From Candidatus Oxydemutatoraceae bacterium (GTDB lineage: Bacteria; Pseudomonadota; Gammaproteobacteria; Poriferisulfidales; Oxydemutatoraceae): 64,000 nucleotides of DNA. The translations under genes and the position numbers were made by a program. Of this stretch, positions 41,448 to 52,033 are shown piece by piece. The stretch's first letter is position 1, and each line of letters starts with the position of its first letter. The stretch covers positions 416,001 through 480,000 of the forward strand of contig CBDCOZ010000003.1 of NCBI GenBank assembly GCA_965220085.1, written 5' to 3'. The notes below the pieces were generated by a model. The model did no database searches, had not been told where the DNA came from, and saw only the letters and a list, made by a program, of their open reading frames with translations.

Positions 41448-42914
41448 ATGCAGATATCTTTTTCATACGCAAAACGCAACGGCGTCTTCATCGGCGAAGA
41501 CGACGAAAGCGAATTGGCGCTGTTTTGCCGCTCCGGCGTATCCGCTTTTGTATTGCAGGAAGTTCAACGCGGGTTTTCGCGCGAGTTTGACCTGCGTGTG
41601 CTCGGCGATGACGAGTTTGACCGCGCGATGCAGAAGTCGTATGCCAATCAGTCACAAAGCATGTCCATGGTCAGCGATGCCGAAGACCATGTGATGGGGA
41701 TGGACGAGGTCGCGGCGGCGTTGGAGGAGCCGGAAGACCTGCTGCAAAACGAAGACGATGCCCCCATCATCAAAATGCTCAATGCCATTTTCTTTGAAGC
41801 CATTCGCGATAAGGCGTCCGATATTCATATTGAGCCGTATGAACGCGAGGTGCATATTCGCTTCCGCCTCAACGGCACCTTGCGCACCATGCTGACGTCT
41901 TCCATTCGCTTGGCGCCGCTGATCGTGTCGCGGGTGAAGATTCTCGCGCGGCTGGATATCGCGGAAAAACGCGTGCCGCAGGACGGGCGCATAACGGTGC
42001 GCCTCGGCGGTCGCAACGTGGATTTGCGCGTTTCCACCTTGCCTTCGAGTTACGGAGAACGCGTGGTTTTGCGGGTATTGGACAAGCAAAGCGAGCAAGT
42101 CACCCTCGACCAATTAGGCATGAGCGCCGAAACCAAAAGACAGTTCAAAGGCTTGGCCAACCGCCCGCACGGAATCGTATTGGTAACCGGCCCGACCGGG
42201 TCGGGCAAGACGACGACTTTATATGCCGTGCTGGCCGAGTTGGACCATAATCGGCGCAACATCATGACCATCGAAGACCCGATCGAATATAACTTTGAAG
42301 GCATCAGCCAGACGCAAGTCAACACCAAGGCCGGCATGACTTTTGCCCGCGGCTTGCGCGCGATCCTGCGCCAGGACCCCGATGTAGTGCTCATCGGCGA
42401 GATTCGCGATAACGAAACCGCGGGCATTGCGGTGCAAGCGAGTTTGACCGGACACCTCGTTCTGTCCACGCTGCACACGAATACGGCGGTCGGCGCGGTC
42501 ACGCGTCTGGGCGATATGGGGGTCGAGCCGTTTCTCCTGACCGCGACTCTGCAAGGCGTGCTGGCACAGCGGCTGGTCAGAAGGTTATGCCCCGAATGTC
42601 GCGAACCGATGCAAATAGCAAGCGATGATCTGCGGCTGGAGGACTTGGGCTTTGATATGCCGAAAGACGCCGTTATCTGCGCGCCGAAGGGGTGCGAAAA
42701 CTGTCATCACAGCGGCTTTTCCGGTCGCTTCGGGCTGTTTGATCTGGTCAAGATGGACGACACACTGCGGCAGCAGACGCACGACGGGGCAAGCGAGTTG
42801 GAAATGGAAAAGCATGTGCGCAACAAACAGCCTGACTTGCGTCAAATCGGCATGGAGCATGTGTTGGCCGGCGACACGACGATCGACGAAGTGATAGCCG
42901 TCACACTGCGCTAA
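41448..42914 (+). CDS. gspE: T2SS ATPase GspE
   Basis: ASDIHIEP, GPTGSGKTTT, LRQDPDVV, TGHLVLSTLHTN, Cys zinc motif. Confidence 0.97.
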   Translation: MQISFSYAKRNGVFIGEDDESELALFCRSGVSAFVLQEVQRGFSREFDLRVLGDDEFDRAMQKSYANQSQSMSMVSDAEDHVMGMDEVAAALEEPEDLLQNEDDAPIIKMLNAIFFEAIRDKASDIHIEPYEREVHIRFRLNGTLRTMLTSSIRLAPLIVSRVKILARLDIAEKRVPQDGRITVRLGGRNVDLRVSTLPSSYGERVVLRVLDKQSEQVTLDQLGMSAETKRQFKGLANRPHGIVLVTGPTGSGKTTTLYAVLAELDHNRRNIMTIEDPIEYNFEGISQTQVNTKAGMTFARGLRAILRQDPDVVLIGEIRDNETAGIAVQASLTGHLVLSTLHTNTAVGAVTRLGDMGVEPFLLTATLQGVLAQRLVRRLCPECREPMQIASDDLRLEDLGFDMPKDAVICAPKGCENCHHSGFSGRFGLFDLVKMDDTLRQQTHDGASELEMEKHVRNKQPDLRQIGMEHVLAGDTTIDEVIAVTLR

Positions 42915-42930
42915 GGGATGGCTTTCGCCG

Positions 42931-44130
42931 ATGCAATCCTATAACTACCGCGCTTATGATGCCAAAGGCAAGATAGTAAAAGGGGTTCTGGAAGCGGACT
43001 CCGAGCGCCACTTGCGCGCGCGCTTGCGCGAACAGAAAATGACGCCGGTCCAAGTGTCTTTGGTCGGCGCCGCAAGCGCTTTGTTTCAATTCCGGCGCAA
43101 GGTAAATGGCAACGACTTGATGCTGGTGACAAGGCAACTCGCCACCTTGCTCGGTTCGGGCATGTCGCTTGAGGAAAGCCTGCGCCTGATGGCGGAGCAA
43201 GCGGAAAACGTGCAGATCAAAAGGCTGGTGTCGTCGGTGCGCAGCAAACTTTCGGAAGGGCACAGCCTGTCCGGTTCCATGCAAAAATCCCCGGCCAGCT
43301 TCCCGCCGGATTATATCGCCACGATATCGGCGGGCGAGGAAACCGGACACCTGACCGAAGTGTTGGAGCGGCTTGCCGACGAAGTGGAACAATCCGGCAA
43401 GGCGCGGCAGTCGCTGAAAGCGGCGTTGATTTATCCCGCTTTGATGCTGACCGTCGCCTTGTCGGTCGTTGTTTTGTTGCTGGTGTATGTGGTGCCGCAA
43501 GTCACGCGGGTATTCAGCCAGATGAATCAGGAACTGCCGGCATTGACTCAGGCGCTGCTGACCTTGAGCAACTGGCTGCAGATGTATGGCGGCTATCTGT
43601 TCATGGCGGTTGTCGGCTCCGTGCTGATTTTTCTTTTAATGTTGCGCAATATCGAAAATCGCAAAAAGTGGGACCGCTTCCTGCTCGGCGTGCCGCGTCT
43701 TAAATACTGGATCGTGACCAGCAACAGCGCGGGGTGGTCGAGGAGCCTGGGCATGTTGTTGAGCAGCGGGGTGCCGATGCTGGAGTCGCTGAAGATAGCC
43801 GGCGAGCGCATCGGAAACCTCGCCCTGCGCGAGAGTTTGGAAGATGTGTCTGACAGCGTGCGCGAAGGCGACGGCCTTTTTAAGGCGCTGCTGAAGACGG
43901 GCGACTTCCCGCCTTTTTTGATTCACATGATCAGCAGCGGCGAATCCAGCGGCGCGTTGGATAAAATGCTGATTAAAGTGGCGGACTACTATGATCAGCG
44001 CATACAGACGATGATTAATACCGCGCTCAAATTGTTTGAGCCGTTGCTGGTTATAATAATGGGCGGGGTCGTGCTGTTAATTGTTATGGCGGTGCTGGTG
44101 CCCGTTATCCAAATGAATCAGCTTATTTAG
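42931..44130 (+). CDS. gspF: T2SS inner membrane protein GspF
   Basis: RQLATLL.SG, GEETGHL, ALIYP, GESSGALD, FEP. Confidence 0.96.
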   Translation: MQSYNYRAYDAKGKIVKGVLEADSERHLRARLREQKMTPVQVSLVGAASALFQFRRKVNGNDLMLVTRQLATLLGSGMSLEESLRLMAEQAENVQIKRLVSSVRSKLSEGHSLSGSMQKSPASFPPDYIATISAGEETGHLTEVLERLADEVEQSGKARQSLKAALIYPALMLTVALSVVVLLLVYVVPQVTRVFSQMNQELPALTQALLTLSNWLQMYGGYLFMAVVGSVLIFLLMLRNIENRKKWDRFLLGVPRLKYWIVTSNSAGWSRSLGMLLSSGVPMLESLKIAGERIGNLALRESLEDVSDSVREGDGLFKALLKTGDFPPFLIHMISSGESSGALDKMLIKVADYYDQRIQTMINTALKLFEPLLVIIMGGVVLLIVMAVLVPVIQMNQLI

Positions 44131-44142
44131 CGGGAGACAAAG

Positions 44143-44544
44143 ATGATGAAAAGAAAACGTTCCAAGACGCAGGGCTTTACCCTGATCGAAATTATGGTTG
44201 TTGTTGTGATACTCGGCATCCTCGCCGCCCTCGTCGTGCCGAATATCATGGATCGTCCCGACATGGCGCGTCAGGTCACCGCCAAGCAGACAATCCGCGC
44301 GCTGGAAGCGTCGATCGACATGTATCGTCTCGACCACATGAACTATCCGACCACGCTGGAAGACCTCGTCAGCAGCGGCAACATGAAAGAGATTCCCCCC
44401 GACCCGTGGGGAAATTCCTTCCAATACGAACGCAGCGGCGGTCGCAGCGGCAAGGATTTTGATTTGTACAGTTATGGACGCGATGGGGTCGCGGGCGGGG
44501 CCGGCCTTGATTCCGACATCGGTAACTGGGAATCCAAGAACTGA
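44143..44544 (+). CDS. gspG: Major pseudopilin GspG
   Basis: QG/FTLIEIMVVVVILGIL, DPWGN, SYGRDG. Confidence 0.96.
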   Translation: MMKRKRSKTQGFTLIEIMVVVVILGILAALVVPNIMDRPDMARQVTAKQTIRALEASIDMYRLDHMNYPTTLEDLVSSGNMKEIPPDPWGNSFQYERSGGRSGKDFDLYSYGRDGVAGGAGLDSDIGNWESKN

Positions 44545-44554
44545 GCACAGCGGG

Positions 44555-45178
44555 ATGCGCAAGCGCGTCAGTGGCTTCACGCTGATCGAGCTGGTCGTTG
44601 TCGCCCTGATTATCGGCATCGTTATTTCCGCCGCGGTGCTTTCTGTTTCCGTCGGCGAGCGTTCGCGGGCAAAGGAATTCGGCCAGAAGTTCATCAGCGT
44701 GATGAATGCCCTGTCTAACGAGGCCATCCTCAACGGTCGCGCTTACGGCTTGCACTGGGACCAAGCGGGGCGCAAACATACGGTGGTGTGTCTGCACGAA
44801 GACAAGGGAAACTGGGTGGCGCTCGGCGGTTGCCCCGGCGATGACAAATTTCTCACCCGCTTGCTTGGCGGCGGCAACACCGCAAAACAATTGCCCGCCC
44901 GCTGGGGGATGACCTTCTCAACCGATGCGAATAGCGCGCCGATTGCCGGCTTCGGCGATGTGCCCGCCGTTGACGAAGATTCTGTCATCATTATCGAGTC
45001 GGCGGATGACGAAGAGGAAAAAAAGATAACCCCGTGGGTCAGTTTTGAGCCGACCGGATTGTGGCAGCCCGACGGAGTCATGCGGATATTGGTCAATCAA
45101 CAACACCAGATGGCATTCCGCTGGACGGCAACCGGCCGGGTCAATATTGTTCGCGCCCAACCGGAAGGCGGCCCGTGA
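44555..45178 (+). CDS. gspH: Minor pseudopilin GspH
   Basis: SG/FTLIELVVV prepilin motif; gene order. Confidence 0.85.
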   Translation: MRKRVSGFTLIELVVVALIIGIVISAAVLSVSVGERSRAKEFGQKFISVMNALSNEAILNGRAYGLHWDQAGRKHTVVCLHEDKGNWVALGGCPGDDKFLTRLLGGGNTAKQLPARWGMTFSTDANSAPIAGFGDVPAVDEDSVIIIESADDEEEKKITPWVSFEPTGLWQPDGVMRILVNQQHQMAFRWTATGRVNIVRAQPEGGP

Positions 45179-45585
45179 AGCATTTTCGTTCGGCCGGCTT
45201 TACCCTGATCGAAGTGCTCATCGCCGTCGTCGTCCTGTCTATTTCGCTGGGCGCGGCGCTTGAGGCCCTGTCCGGATTTGCCAACACCCAGGCGCGCTTA
45301 CAGGAACGCTACTGCGCGCATCTTGTCGCGTGGGAAGACGCATTATTCTTTTATGCCGACGACGACGAGGTGGTGCAAGCCGGTTTTTCCGAGCAGTGCG
45401 GAGTCGATTGGAAAGTGGATACCGAGGAGTTTGAAATTCATGCCGCCGAAGACTGCGAAGAAGACGAATATTGCCTGCCGATCAGAATCGTTGCGCAAAC
45501 GCTGAAAGTGTACTCGCCGGCCAACGACGATATTGATGCGCGCCCGTCCGCCCGCTTGCAAGTGGTTAAGTTACGGTTGGATTAA
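45175..45585 (+). CDS. gspI: Minor pseudopilin GspI
   Basis: AG/FTLIEVLIA, GTG start overlapping the gspH stop. Confidence 0.85.
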   Translation: MKHFRSAGFTLIEVLIAVVVLSISLGAALEALSGFANTQARLQERYCAHLVAWEDALFFYADDDEVVQAGFSEQCGVDWKVDTEEFEIHAAEDCEEDEYCLPIRIVAQTLKVYSPANDDIDARPSARLQVVKLRLD

Positions 45586-46269
45586 ATGCGGCGGCAAGGT
45601 TTCACATTGATTGAAGTGATCATCGCGATGATGATTTTTGCGATTATTACGACCCTGACATTTCAAGGCCTGCAAACCTCCATGGATGTGCAACAGAAGG
45701 TCGAAGAGAAGGCGGCGGTATTTAAGGACATGCAGTTACTGGTGACCTTGATGCACGAGGACTTTTCCAATTTGATTCGCCGCTCGGTGCGTCCCTCGCT
45801 GGGCGACGATTATCTGCCCTCTTTTGCCATCGGCGACATAACGGAGCAAGGCCGGGAGTCGTCTTACGACTGTGTGGTGCAGTTTACGCGCGCCGGTTTG
45901 CCGCAAGGCGTCGGCGCGTTGCGCTCCGGAATGGTTCGCGTGGCATATTGCTTTGATGACGACAGCAACTTATACCGCCTGCTGTGGCCGGTGTTGGATC
46001 GGGCGCAAGACAGCCTGCCAAACGAGAGCCTGTTGATCGAAGAGGTCGCCGAGTTTGCGGTGGAGCTGAGCGAAGAAGATTTGGAGGAATGGGAAGAATA
46101 CGAGTGCGGCGATACCGCCCGCTGGACCGATACCTGTCGTGATTGGCTTCCCGGCGGCAGCGTAAAGATGACGCTGGGGCTTGATACCGAAAGCGGTTTG
46201 GTCAGTTTTAGTCGCAGTTTCCCGGTTGGCAGCGGGGTAGGGATACAGCTTTGGAAACTAAAGGCGTAA
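45586..46269 (+). CDS. gspJ: Minor pseudopilin GspJ
   Basis: QG/FTLIEVIIA, RVAY...LYR..WPVLDRA. Confidence 0.9.
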   Translation: MRRQGFTLIEVIIAMMIFAIITTLTFQGLQTSMDVQQKVEEKAAVFKDMQLLVTLMHEDFSNLIRRSVRPSLGDDYLPSFAIGDITEQGRESSYDCVVQFTRAGLPQGVGALRSGMVRVAYCFDDDSNLYRLLWPVLDRAQDSLPNESLLIEEVAEFAVELSEEDLEEWEEYECGDTARWTDTCRDWLPGGSVKMTLGLDTESGLVSFSRSFPVGSGVGIQLWKLKA

Positions 46270-46271
46270 AC

Positions 46272-47591
46272 ATGAGGCGCGCATCGGGCATAGCGCTTTT
46301 GAGCGTGCTGATAGTTACCGCATCGGTGTCGGCGACCGCCTCGTGGTTGTTGTACAGCCAGCACATAAACATCAGTCGCACGTCTCAGGTGCTGGAGAGG
46401 GAGCAATCTTTCCTGTTTGCGTTAACGTTGGAAAAATTTGCGGGGGATCTGCTAAAACGAGAGGTTTACCCGCACGGCACGCCCAACCGGTTTTACGCGG
46501 CTAACAAAGGCGAGGGGCAGTGGTGGTCGCGCACCGCGCATCTGGGTCTGTTGCTTGGCGGGGTCAGCGGCGAAGTGTTCGAAGGGGTCAGCGGCATCAA
46601 CATGCAAATTTATGACCTGCAGGGGCTTTTTAACATTAACAAGTTGCTCGAAAGACCCGTTGACATAAGCGGTTGGAAAGGCGATATCGAGAAGTACCCG
46701 ATGATGGATTCCAGAAATTGGTCACAGGCGGTGATTCGAAATATCTTAAACAATGAAATCAGCCTGGCGGACCTCGATGATGATTCCGACATAACCCATG
46801 CCATGCTGTTTGACTCTTTGCGCGACTGGGTGGACCCCGATGATTCCGTGTATAACGACGGCGCCGAAGACGCCGCCTATAGCCTGTCACAAGTGCCCTA
46901 CCGCGCCGGCAACGCGGGCGGCTTGGCCATGATGCAAGAGCTGTTTTTTATCAACGGATTTAGAGAACTGTCGCGCGCGCAGGTTGAACGCCTGAACAAT
47001 TTGCTGGTCCCTCTGCCGATCTCGCGCGGTTCGAGACGGCTCAATCTATTGACTGCGCCGCCCAGATTATTGGAGTATCTGATAGAGCCGATAGTCGGCA
47101 AAGAAAAAGCGGCGGAAAAAGCGAGGGACTTGAGAGAGGCCATCTGCGAACCGCCGATCAATAACGCGGAAGCATTGCAAGCGAAGTTAAAAGATGTGTT
47201 AGTCGCGGATATTGAAGATGCAAATGAAGATACGGATGCCAATGCCGATAAAGATGCGGACGAAGTCAAAAAGGAAAACGAAGAAGAGAAGAAGAGAATC
47301 ATCGATTGGGCGGAACACGTCGGCGGCAAAATCTTCACCCTCGCCAGCGAGTTTTTTCTTGCGCACATATCGTTTCGCCATTTAAGCAGAGATTTTGAGA
47401 TGAATACCCTGTTCTACATCGACTTTCATTACCCCCAAGACGATGACCGCTATCCGGTGCAGGTGTTGTATCGTTATGCCGGCCCCAACCCCTATGAAGG
47501 CTTGCGCATGCACGAAGGCGCGAGCAACTGCCCGCCCCGCGAAGAAGAGGAATCGGACGACGACGAAAGCGAATCATTTGCACAACCGTAA
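46272..47591 (+). CDS. gspK: Minor pseudopilin GspK
   Basis: SG/IALLSVL, DLQGLFNIN, DWVDPD, GAED..Y. Confidence 0.9.
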   Translation: MRRASGIALLSVLIVTASVSATASWLLYSQHINISRTSQVLEREQSFLFALTLEKFAGDLLKREVYPHGTPNRFYAANKGEGQWWSRTAHLGLLLGGVSGEVFEGVSGINMQIYDLQGLFNINKLLERPVDISGWKGDIEKYPMMDSRNWSQAVIRNILNNEISLADLDDDSDITHAMLFDSLRDWVDPDDSVYNDGAEDAAYSLSQVPYRAGNAGGLAMMQELFFINGFRELSRAQVERLNNLLVPLPISRGSRRLNLLTAPPRLLEYLIEPIVGKEKAAEKARDLREAICEPPINNAEALQAKLKDVLVADIEDANEDTDANADKDADEVKKENEEEKKRIIDWAEHVGGKIFTLASEFFLAHISFRHLSRDFEMNTLFYIDFHYPQDDDRYPVQVLYRYAGPNPYEGLRMHEGASNCPPREEEESDDDESESFAQP

Positions 47592-47594
47592 AAA

Positions 47595-48752
47595 ATGACG
47601 GCGGCAGTGCGAAGCCTTATAATAAAACCATCATCACCGGAAACATTTGATATGCGGAAAATTACTCTTGACTCAACCATTGTCGAATTGACATCATCGG
47701 AGGAACGCGCTTCCCCCGCCAACATCGTCTGGGTTCCGTCCGAGCAACTGTCTTTCGCCGATTGCCAAATGCCGCCCACGCGCAAAATGTTGCATCAAAT
47801 GGTTTCATTCGCGCTGGAAGATCAGGTGCTGGAACCGATTGAAAAATTGCACTTTGCATTAGGCAATCCGAGCGCCGACACGATACCCGCCATCGTGGTA
47901 TCGCGCCGGCGAATGGATGACTGGGGCGAGTTGCTCGCAAGCGAAGGCATCGGCAAGCATGTATTGCTGCCCGACATATACGCCCTGCCCTTTGAAGCAG
48001 GCCGGGTCGGCATCTGGCACGAAGGCGACCGTTGCCTGCTTCGTAACGGAGCGCACTCTGGCTTTGCCGGCAGCCTTGAATGGATTTCGGTAATCGCGGG
48101 CATGGAAAGCTACGCTAACCGCCTGGATATTTATAGCGATAATGTCGAAGCGCTGCCGGAGGAATGGCGCCCGCTCGCGCGTCCCTTATTGGCGCCGTTG
48201 GATGAGATGATGTTGCGTTGCAACGGGCGCGACGCCATCAACCTGCTCCAAAGCGATTATCGAACCTCCGCCCCGATAGCCGCATGGGCGCGCCCGTGGC
48301 GCGCGGCGGCGGCGATAATGCTGGCCGCGCTGACCGCTCACATCGGCAACATGACAGTTGCCGAGCGCCTGCTGGATGCGCAGACGAACGAGTTGCAAAA
48401 GGCCACCGTCGGCTTGTTCAAGACAATCGATGCATCCGGCAACCCGAGCAATCTGCGCGCCCGGGTATCGCAACAAGTACGGAACCTGCGCGAGCATCAG
48501 AACAAAAGCGAAAACAACGCGTGGGATATTATGGTTGAGCTGGATCGGGCGCTTTCCGGGTGCGACAGTTGCCGCGTGGAGTCGCTTGAGTTGGATGTCA
48601 ACACGGCAAAAATCAAGCTCCGCAGCGAAGGCGACTTTGAGCAAATCAAAGACACCTTGCTCAACATTCGGTCGCTTGAAGCGAGTCACAAAGTGTTGCG
48701 CGAAGGCGAGGGCTACAACCTCTCGCGGTTTGAATTCAAGGCGGTGTCATGA
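47595..48752 (+). CDS. gspL: T2SS protein GspL (start may be 47652)
   Basis: FALEDQV..IE.LHFA, LPD..ALP, INLLQ, single TM. Confidence 0.85.
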   Translation: MTAAVRSLIIKPSSPETFDMRKITLDSTIVELTSSEERASPANIVWVPSEQLSFADCQMPPTRKMLHQMVSFALEDQVLEPIEKLHFALGNPSADTIPAIVVSRRRMDDWGELLASEGIGKHVLLPDIYALPFEAGRVGIWHEGDRCLLRNGAHSGFAGSLEWISVIAGMESYANRLDIYSDNVEALPEEWRPLARPLLAPLDEMMLRCNGRDAINLLQSDYRTSAPIAAWARPWRAAAAIMLAALTAHIGNMTVAERLLDAQTNELQKATVGLFKTIDASGNPSNLRARVSQQVRNLREHQNKSENNAWDIMVELDRALSGCDSCRVESLELDVNTAKIKLRSEGDFEQIKDTLLNIRSLEASHKVLREGEGYNLSRFEFKAVS

Positions 48753-49246
48753 AGTCTCCTTTTGCCAATTTGGCGCGACTGTGGCAAGCGCGCGAACCGC
48801 GCGAGCAAGTCATGCTTATTGCCACGGTTGTTCTGCTAACCGCCTTCGTATTTGAAACATTCGCGTACCAACCGCTGCGGGCGAACTACGACAGCAGCGT
48901 TACCCGCCACGCCGCCGCAACCGATGATTACCGCTGGTTGCAAAGCAAGGCGCGCACTGTGAAGGACTTGCGGGCAAACAGCTCTGCGACCGTGACGATG
49001 ACAGCGGAGCAAAAGCGCGATGCGATTGAACAAAGCCTGCTGGAGTCGGGAATGGAGTTTGATATGGAAGTATTTGACGAGGAAGAAGGCAAAGGCATTT
49101 TGGCAGTCCGCATTAAAATCGCCGCCGGCAGGTCTCTGATGCGCTGGGTCGGCAAGCGCATCGAAGACGGTTATTGGTTGCGGGAGTTGTCGCTCAAAGC
49201 GAACCCCCGAGGGGATGTCTCCGCAACCGTTCATTTTGAGTTATAA
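48749..49246 (+). CDS. gspM: T2SS protein GspM
   Basis: W..REPREQ, TM, YQP; follows gspL. Confidence 0.8.
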   Translation: MKSPFANLARLWQAREPREQVMLIATVVLLTAFVFETFAYQPLRANYDSSVTRHAAATDDYRWLQSKARTVKDLRANSSATVTMTAEQKRDAIEQSLLESGMEFDMEVFDEEEGKGILAVRIKIAAGRSLMRWVGKRIEDGYWLRELSLKANPRGDVSATVHFEL

Positions 49247-49255
49247 GGCGGCGGG

Positions 49256-50032
49256 GTGTCCGTGTTCAAGCGTCTGCTATTTTTATTGCTTCTTGTGGTT
49301 CTCCTGCTCGGCGCCTTCGCCGCCTCGGTGCCCCTGCGCTTTATGGTCGATAACGCTGTCGTCGCCTTGCCGAAGGGCATATCGGATTTGCGCGGCGCCA
49401 TCGCAAAGGGCTCTGTGCGGCTGGATGTTGCGACACTGCCCGCCGCCCGCCCGATCGCGGCATCGCTGCCATCGATTGACATCGCATGGCAGTGGTGCCC
49501 CGGCATTCCCGATCTGGCGGCGCTATGTGTGCAAGCGCGCAGCAGCGCCGCGGATGTCGGTCTTGCCGGCGCGCTCGCATGGTCGCCGTTTGGCGCCACA
49601 ATTTCCGCCGCCTCGCTGACAGGAAACATAGATAACTTCCCGGTCAAAACGAGTCGGGCTTCGCTGCCCGTGAGCATGCAAATGAAAATGTCTCTGGACA
49701 ATGCCCGCTTTGCGTCCGGCGCGCTATTCCCGCAAGATGTGCGGGGGCGGATAGCGCTGCAGAAGCTAACCATCGCCGGCTATGACCTGGGAGACTTCAA
49801 CGCGGCTCTGGCATCCGATGAACAAGGGCGCATCGGCATCCGCCTGCAAGGCAAAGGAGAATTGATACGGACAGTCGTCGGTACCGCCGGAGTGACGGCG
49901 AAAGGCTGGGACTACGACATCACAGTGAAAACCGAAGACACCATCGTGCGCAGCTTCCTTGAACGCCGTGGCAAACCGTCGGCCGCCGGCTTTCAACTGA
50001 CCGCCAAAGGCAACTGGCAACGCCAACCATAG
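49256..50032 (+). CDS. gspN: T2SS protein GspN-like
   Basis: N-terminal TM then beta-rich domain; last gene of the cluster. Confidence 0.65.
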   Translation: MSVFKRLLFLLLLVVLLLGAFAASVPLRFMVDNAVVALPKGISDLRGAIAKGSVRLDVATLPAARPIAASLPSIDIAWQWCPGIPDLAALCVQARSSAADVGLAGALAWSPFGATISAASLTGNIDNFPVKTSRASLPVSMQMKMSLDNARFASGALFPQDVRGRIALQKLTIAGYDLGDFNAALASDEQGRIGIRLQGKGELIRTVVGTAGVTAKGWDYDITVKTEDTIVRSFLERRGKPSAAGFQLTAKGNWQRQP

Positions 50033-50255
50033 CCCTCCCTTCGGGGGCTAAGCGGCCGCCTTGGCGGCAACTATTGCGCAGAGGCCGCAGACCCTTAAAT
50101 ACCGCCGGTCAGATAAACCGCGCCTTTCGTCACAATCGGTCAAACCGGCAGCGTTTTTAAGCGTATGTTTGGTTTTTTTAATGAGGGCGGACTTTGTTAT
50201 ACTATAGTTTATACAGTTAGTCCTCGCGAGTATTAACCGAAAAGAGGATTAAAAA

Positions 50256-50549
50256 ATGGAAGCACAAATGAATACCGAACAATACAACGCAATCATGGAC
50301 CAGCTTCGGATGCTTGGCACGAAATTTGATCACCTTGACACAAGGCTCGGCAACCTTGAGCAAAAGGTTGAGCACATTGACACAAGGCTCGGCAACCTTG
50401 AGCAAAAGGTCGGCGGGCTTGAAAAAGAGATGCGCGCATCTCACCAAAGCGCCATCCGCTGGGTGATGGGCTTGTTCGTAGCGGCATTGCTTGTAAACGG
50501 CCCGGTCATCGGCGCGATTGTCAGCGTCGTCATACTGAAGATGGTTTAA
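50256..50549 (+). CDS. Small coiled-coil protein with C-terminal TM (DUF1640/Bdr-like architecture), copy 1
   Basis: Heptads DTRLGNL/EQKV, then IRWVMGLFVAALL TM; AAGAGG RBS. Confidence 0.75.
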   Translation: MEAQMNTEQYNAIMDQLRMLGTKFDHLDTRLGNLEQKVEHIDTRLGNLEQKVGGLEKEMRASHQSAIRWVMGLFVAALLVNGPVIGAIVSVVILKMV

Positions 50550-50947
50550 TGAGCACGACCCTCGCACAACTCATGGAGCAAGCCGCAACCGCAGCAGACA
50601 CGGTAGAAGTAGCGGACGCAAAGAACATGGTCGGCGATGCCAACACCCAGTTTGTCGATGTGCGCGACCTGCGCGAGTTACAGGAACACGGCAAGATCCC
50701 CGGAGCGATTCACGCATCGCGCGGCATGCTGGAATTTCTAATCGACCCGCAAAGCCCGTATCACAACAAAGCGTTCGTGCCTGCCGGCGCAACAGAAGGG
50801 AAGCGCTATGTGGTCTATTGCAAGTCGGGCGGTCGCTCTGTTCTTGCCGCTGCCAGAATGAAAGAGATGGGATATCACAATGTATGTCACATGGCGGGCG
50901 GCTTTAAGTTGTGGCAAGATTCAGAGGGCGAGATCGAGCAAACATGA
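50549..50947 (+). CDS. Single-domain rhodanese, copy 1
   Basis: VDVRD..E, IPGAIHASRGMLEF, YCKSGGRS, MAGGF..W. Confidence 0.92.
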   Translation: MSTTLAQLMEQAATAADTVEVADAKNMVGDANTQFVDVRDLRELQEHGKIPGAIHASRGMLEFLIDPQSPYHNKAFVPAGATEGKRYVVYCKSGGRSVLAAARMKEMGYHNVCHMAGGFKLWQDSEGEIEQT

Positions 50948-51328
50948 TGGCTAGTCAAGCATTCGGAAATATCGCCGGACAATGCCCGCTTTGCAACCGG
51001 TGCGCCATTCCCGCAAGACATGCGGGGCGGATGGCGCCGCAACGGCTAACCCTCGCCGGCTTTCAACTGACTGCCAAAGGCAACTGGCAACGCCAACCAT
51101 AGCCCTCCCTCCGGGGGCTAAGCGGCCGCCGCCTTGGCGGCAACTATTGCGCAGAGGTCGCAGACCCTTAAATACCGCCGGTCAGATAGACCGCGCCTTT
51201 CGTCACAATCGGTCAAACCGGCAGTGTTTTTAAGCGTATGTTTGGTTTTTTTCAATGAGGGCAAACTTTGTTATACTTGGTGTATACAGTTAGTCCTCAC
51301 GAGTATTAACCGAAAAGAGGATTAAAAA

Positions 51329-51601
51329 ATGAAAACGCAAATGAATACCGAACAATACAACGCAATCATGGACCAGCTTCGGATGCTTGGCACGAAATTT
51401 GATCACCTTGACACAAGGGTCGGCAACCTTGAGCAAAGGTTCGGCAACCTTGAGCAAAAGGTCGGCGGGCTTGAAAGAGAGATGCACGCATCTCATCAAA
51501 GCGCCATCCGCTGGGTGATGGGCTTGTTCGTAGCGGCATTGCTTGTAAACGGCCCGGTCATCGGCGCGATTGTCAGCGTCGTCATACTGAAGATGGTTTA
51601 A
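51329..51601 (+). CDS. Small coiled-coil/TM protein, copy 2
   Basis: Near-identical to 50256-50549 with one fewer heptad. Confidence 0.75.
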   Translation: MKTQMNTEQYNAIMDQLRMLGTKFDHLDTRVGNLEQRFGNLEQKVGGLEREMHASHQSAIRWVMGLFVAALLVNGPVIGAIVSVVILKMV

Positions 51602-51787
51602 TGAATACCGCGCAATACAACGCAATCATGGGCCCGCTTTGCAACCGGTGCGCCATTCCCGCAAGATATGCGGGGCGGCGGGCACAGCAAAGGCTAACCC
51701 TCGCTGGCTATAACCCGGCGAGTTTTTGTTATACTGTGGTTCACAGTCCTCACGAGGATTAACCTAAGGGAGGACGAAAACAAGGAA

Positions 51788-52033
51788 ATGCAAATGGATA
51801 CCGCGCAATACAACGCAATCATGGGCCCGCTTCGGATGCTTGGCACAAGGCTCGGCAACCTCGGCACAAGGGCCGGCAACCTCGGCACCCGTGTCGGCGG
51901 GCTTGAAAAAGAGATGTGCGCATCTCATCAAAACACCATCCGCTGGGTGATGGGTTTGCTCGTAGCGGCATTGCTTGTAAACGGCCCGGTCATCGGCGCG
52001 ATTGTCAGCGTCATCATATTGAAGACAGTTTAA
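51788..52033 (+). CDS. Small coiled-coil/TM protein, copy 3 (diverged)
   Basis: Same TM tail; heptads GTRLGNL/GTRAGNL. Confidence 0.6.
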   Translation: MQMDTAQYNAIMGPLRMLGTRLGNLGTRAGNLGTRVGGLEKEMCASHQNTIRWVMGLLVAALLVNGPVIGAIVSVIILKTV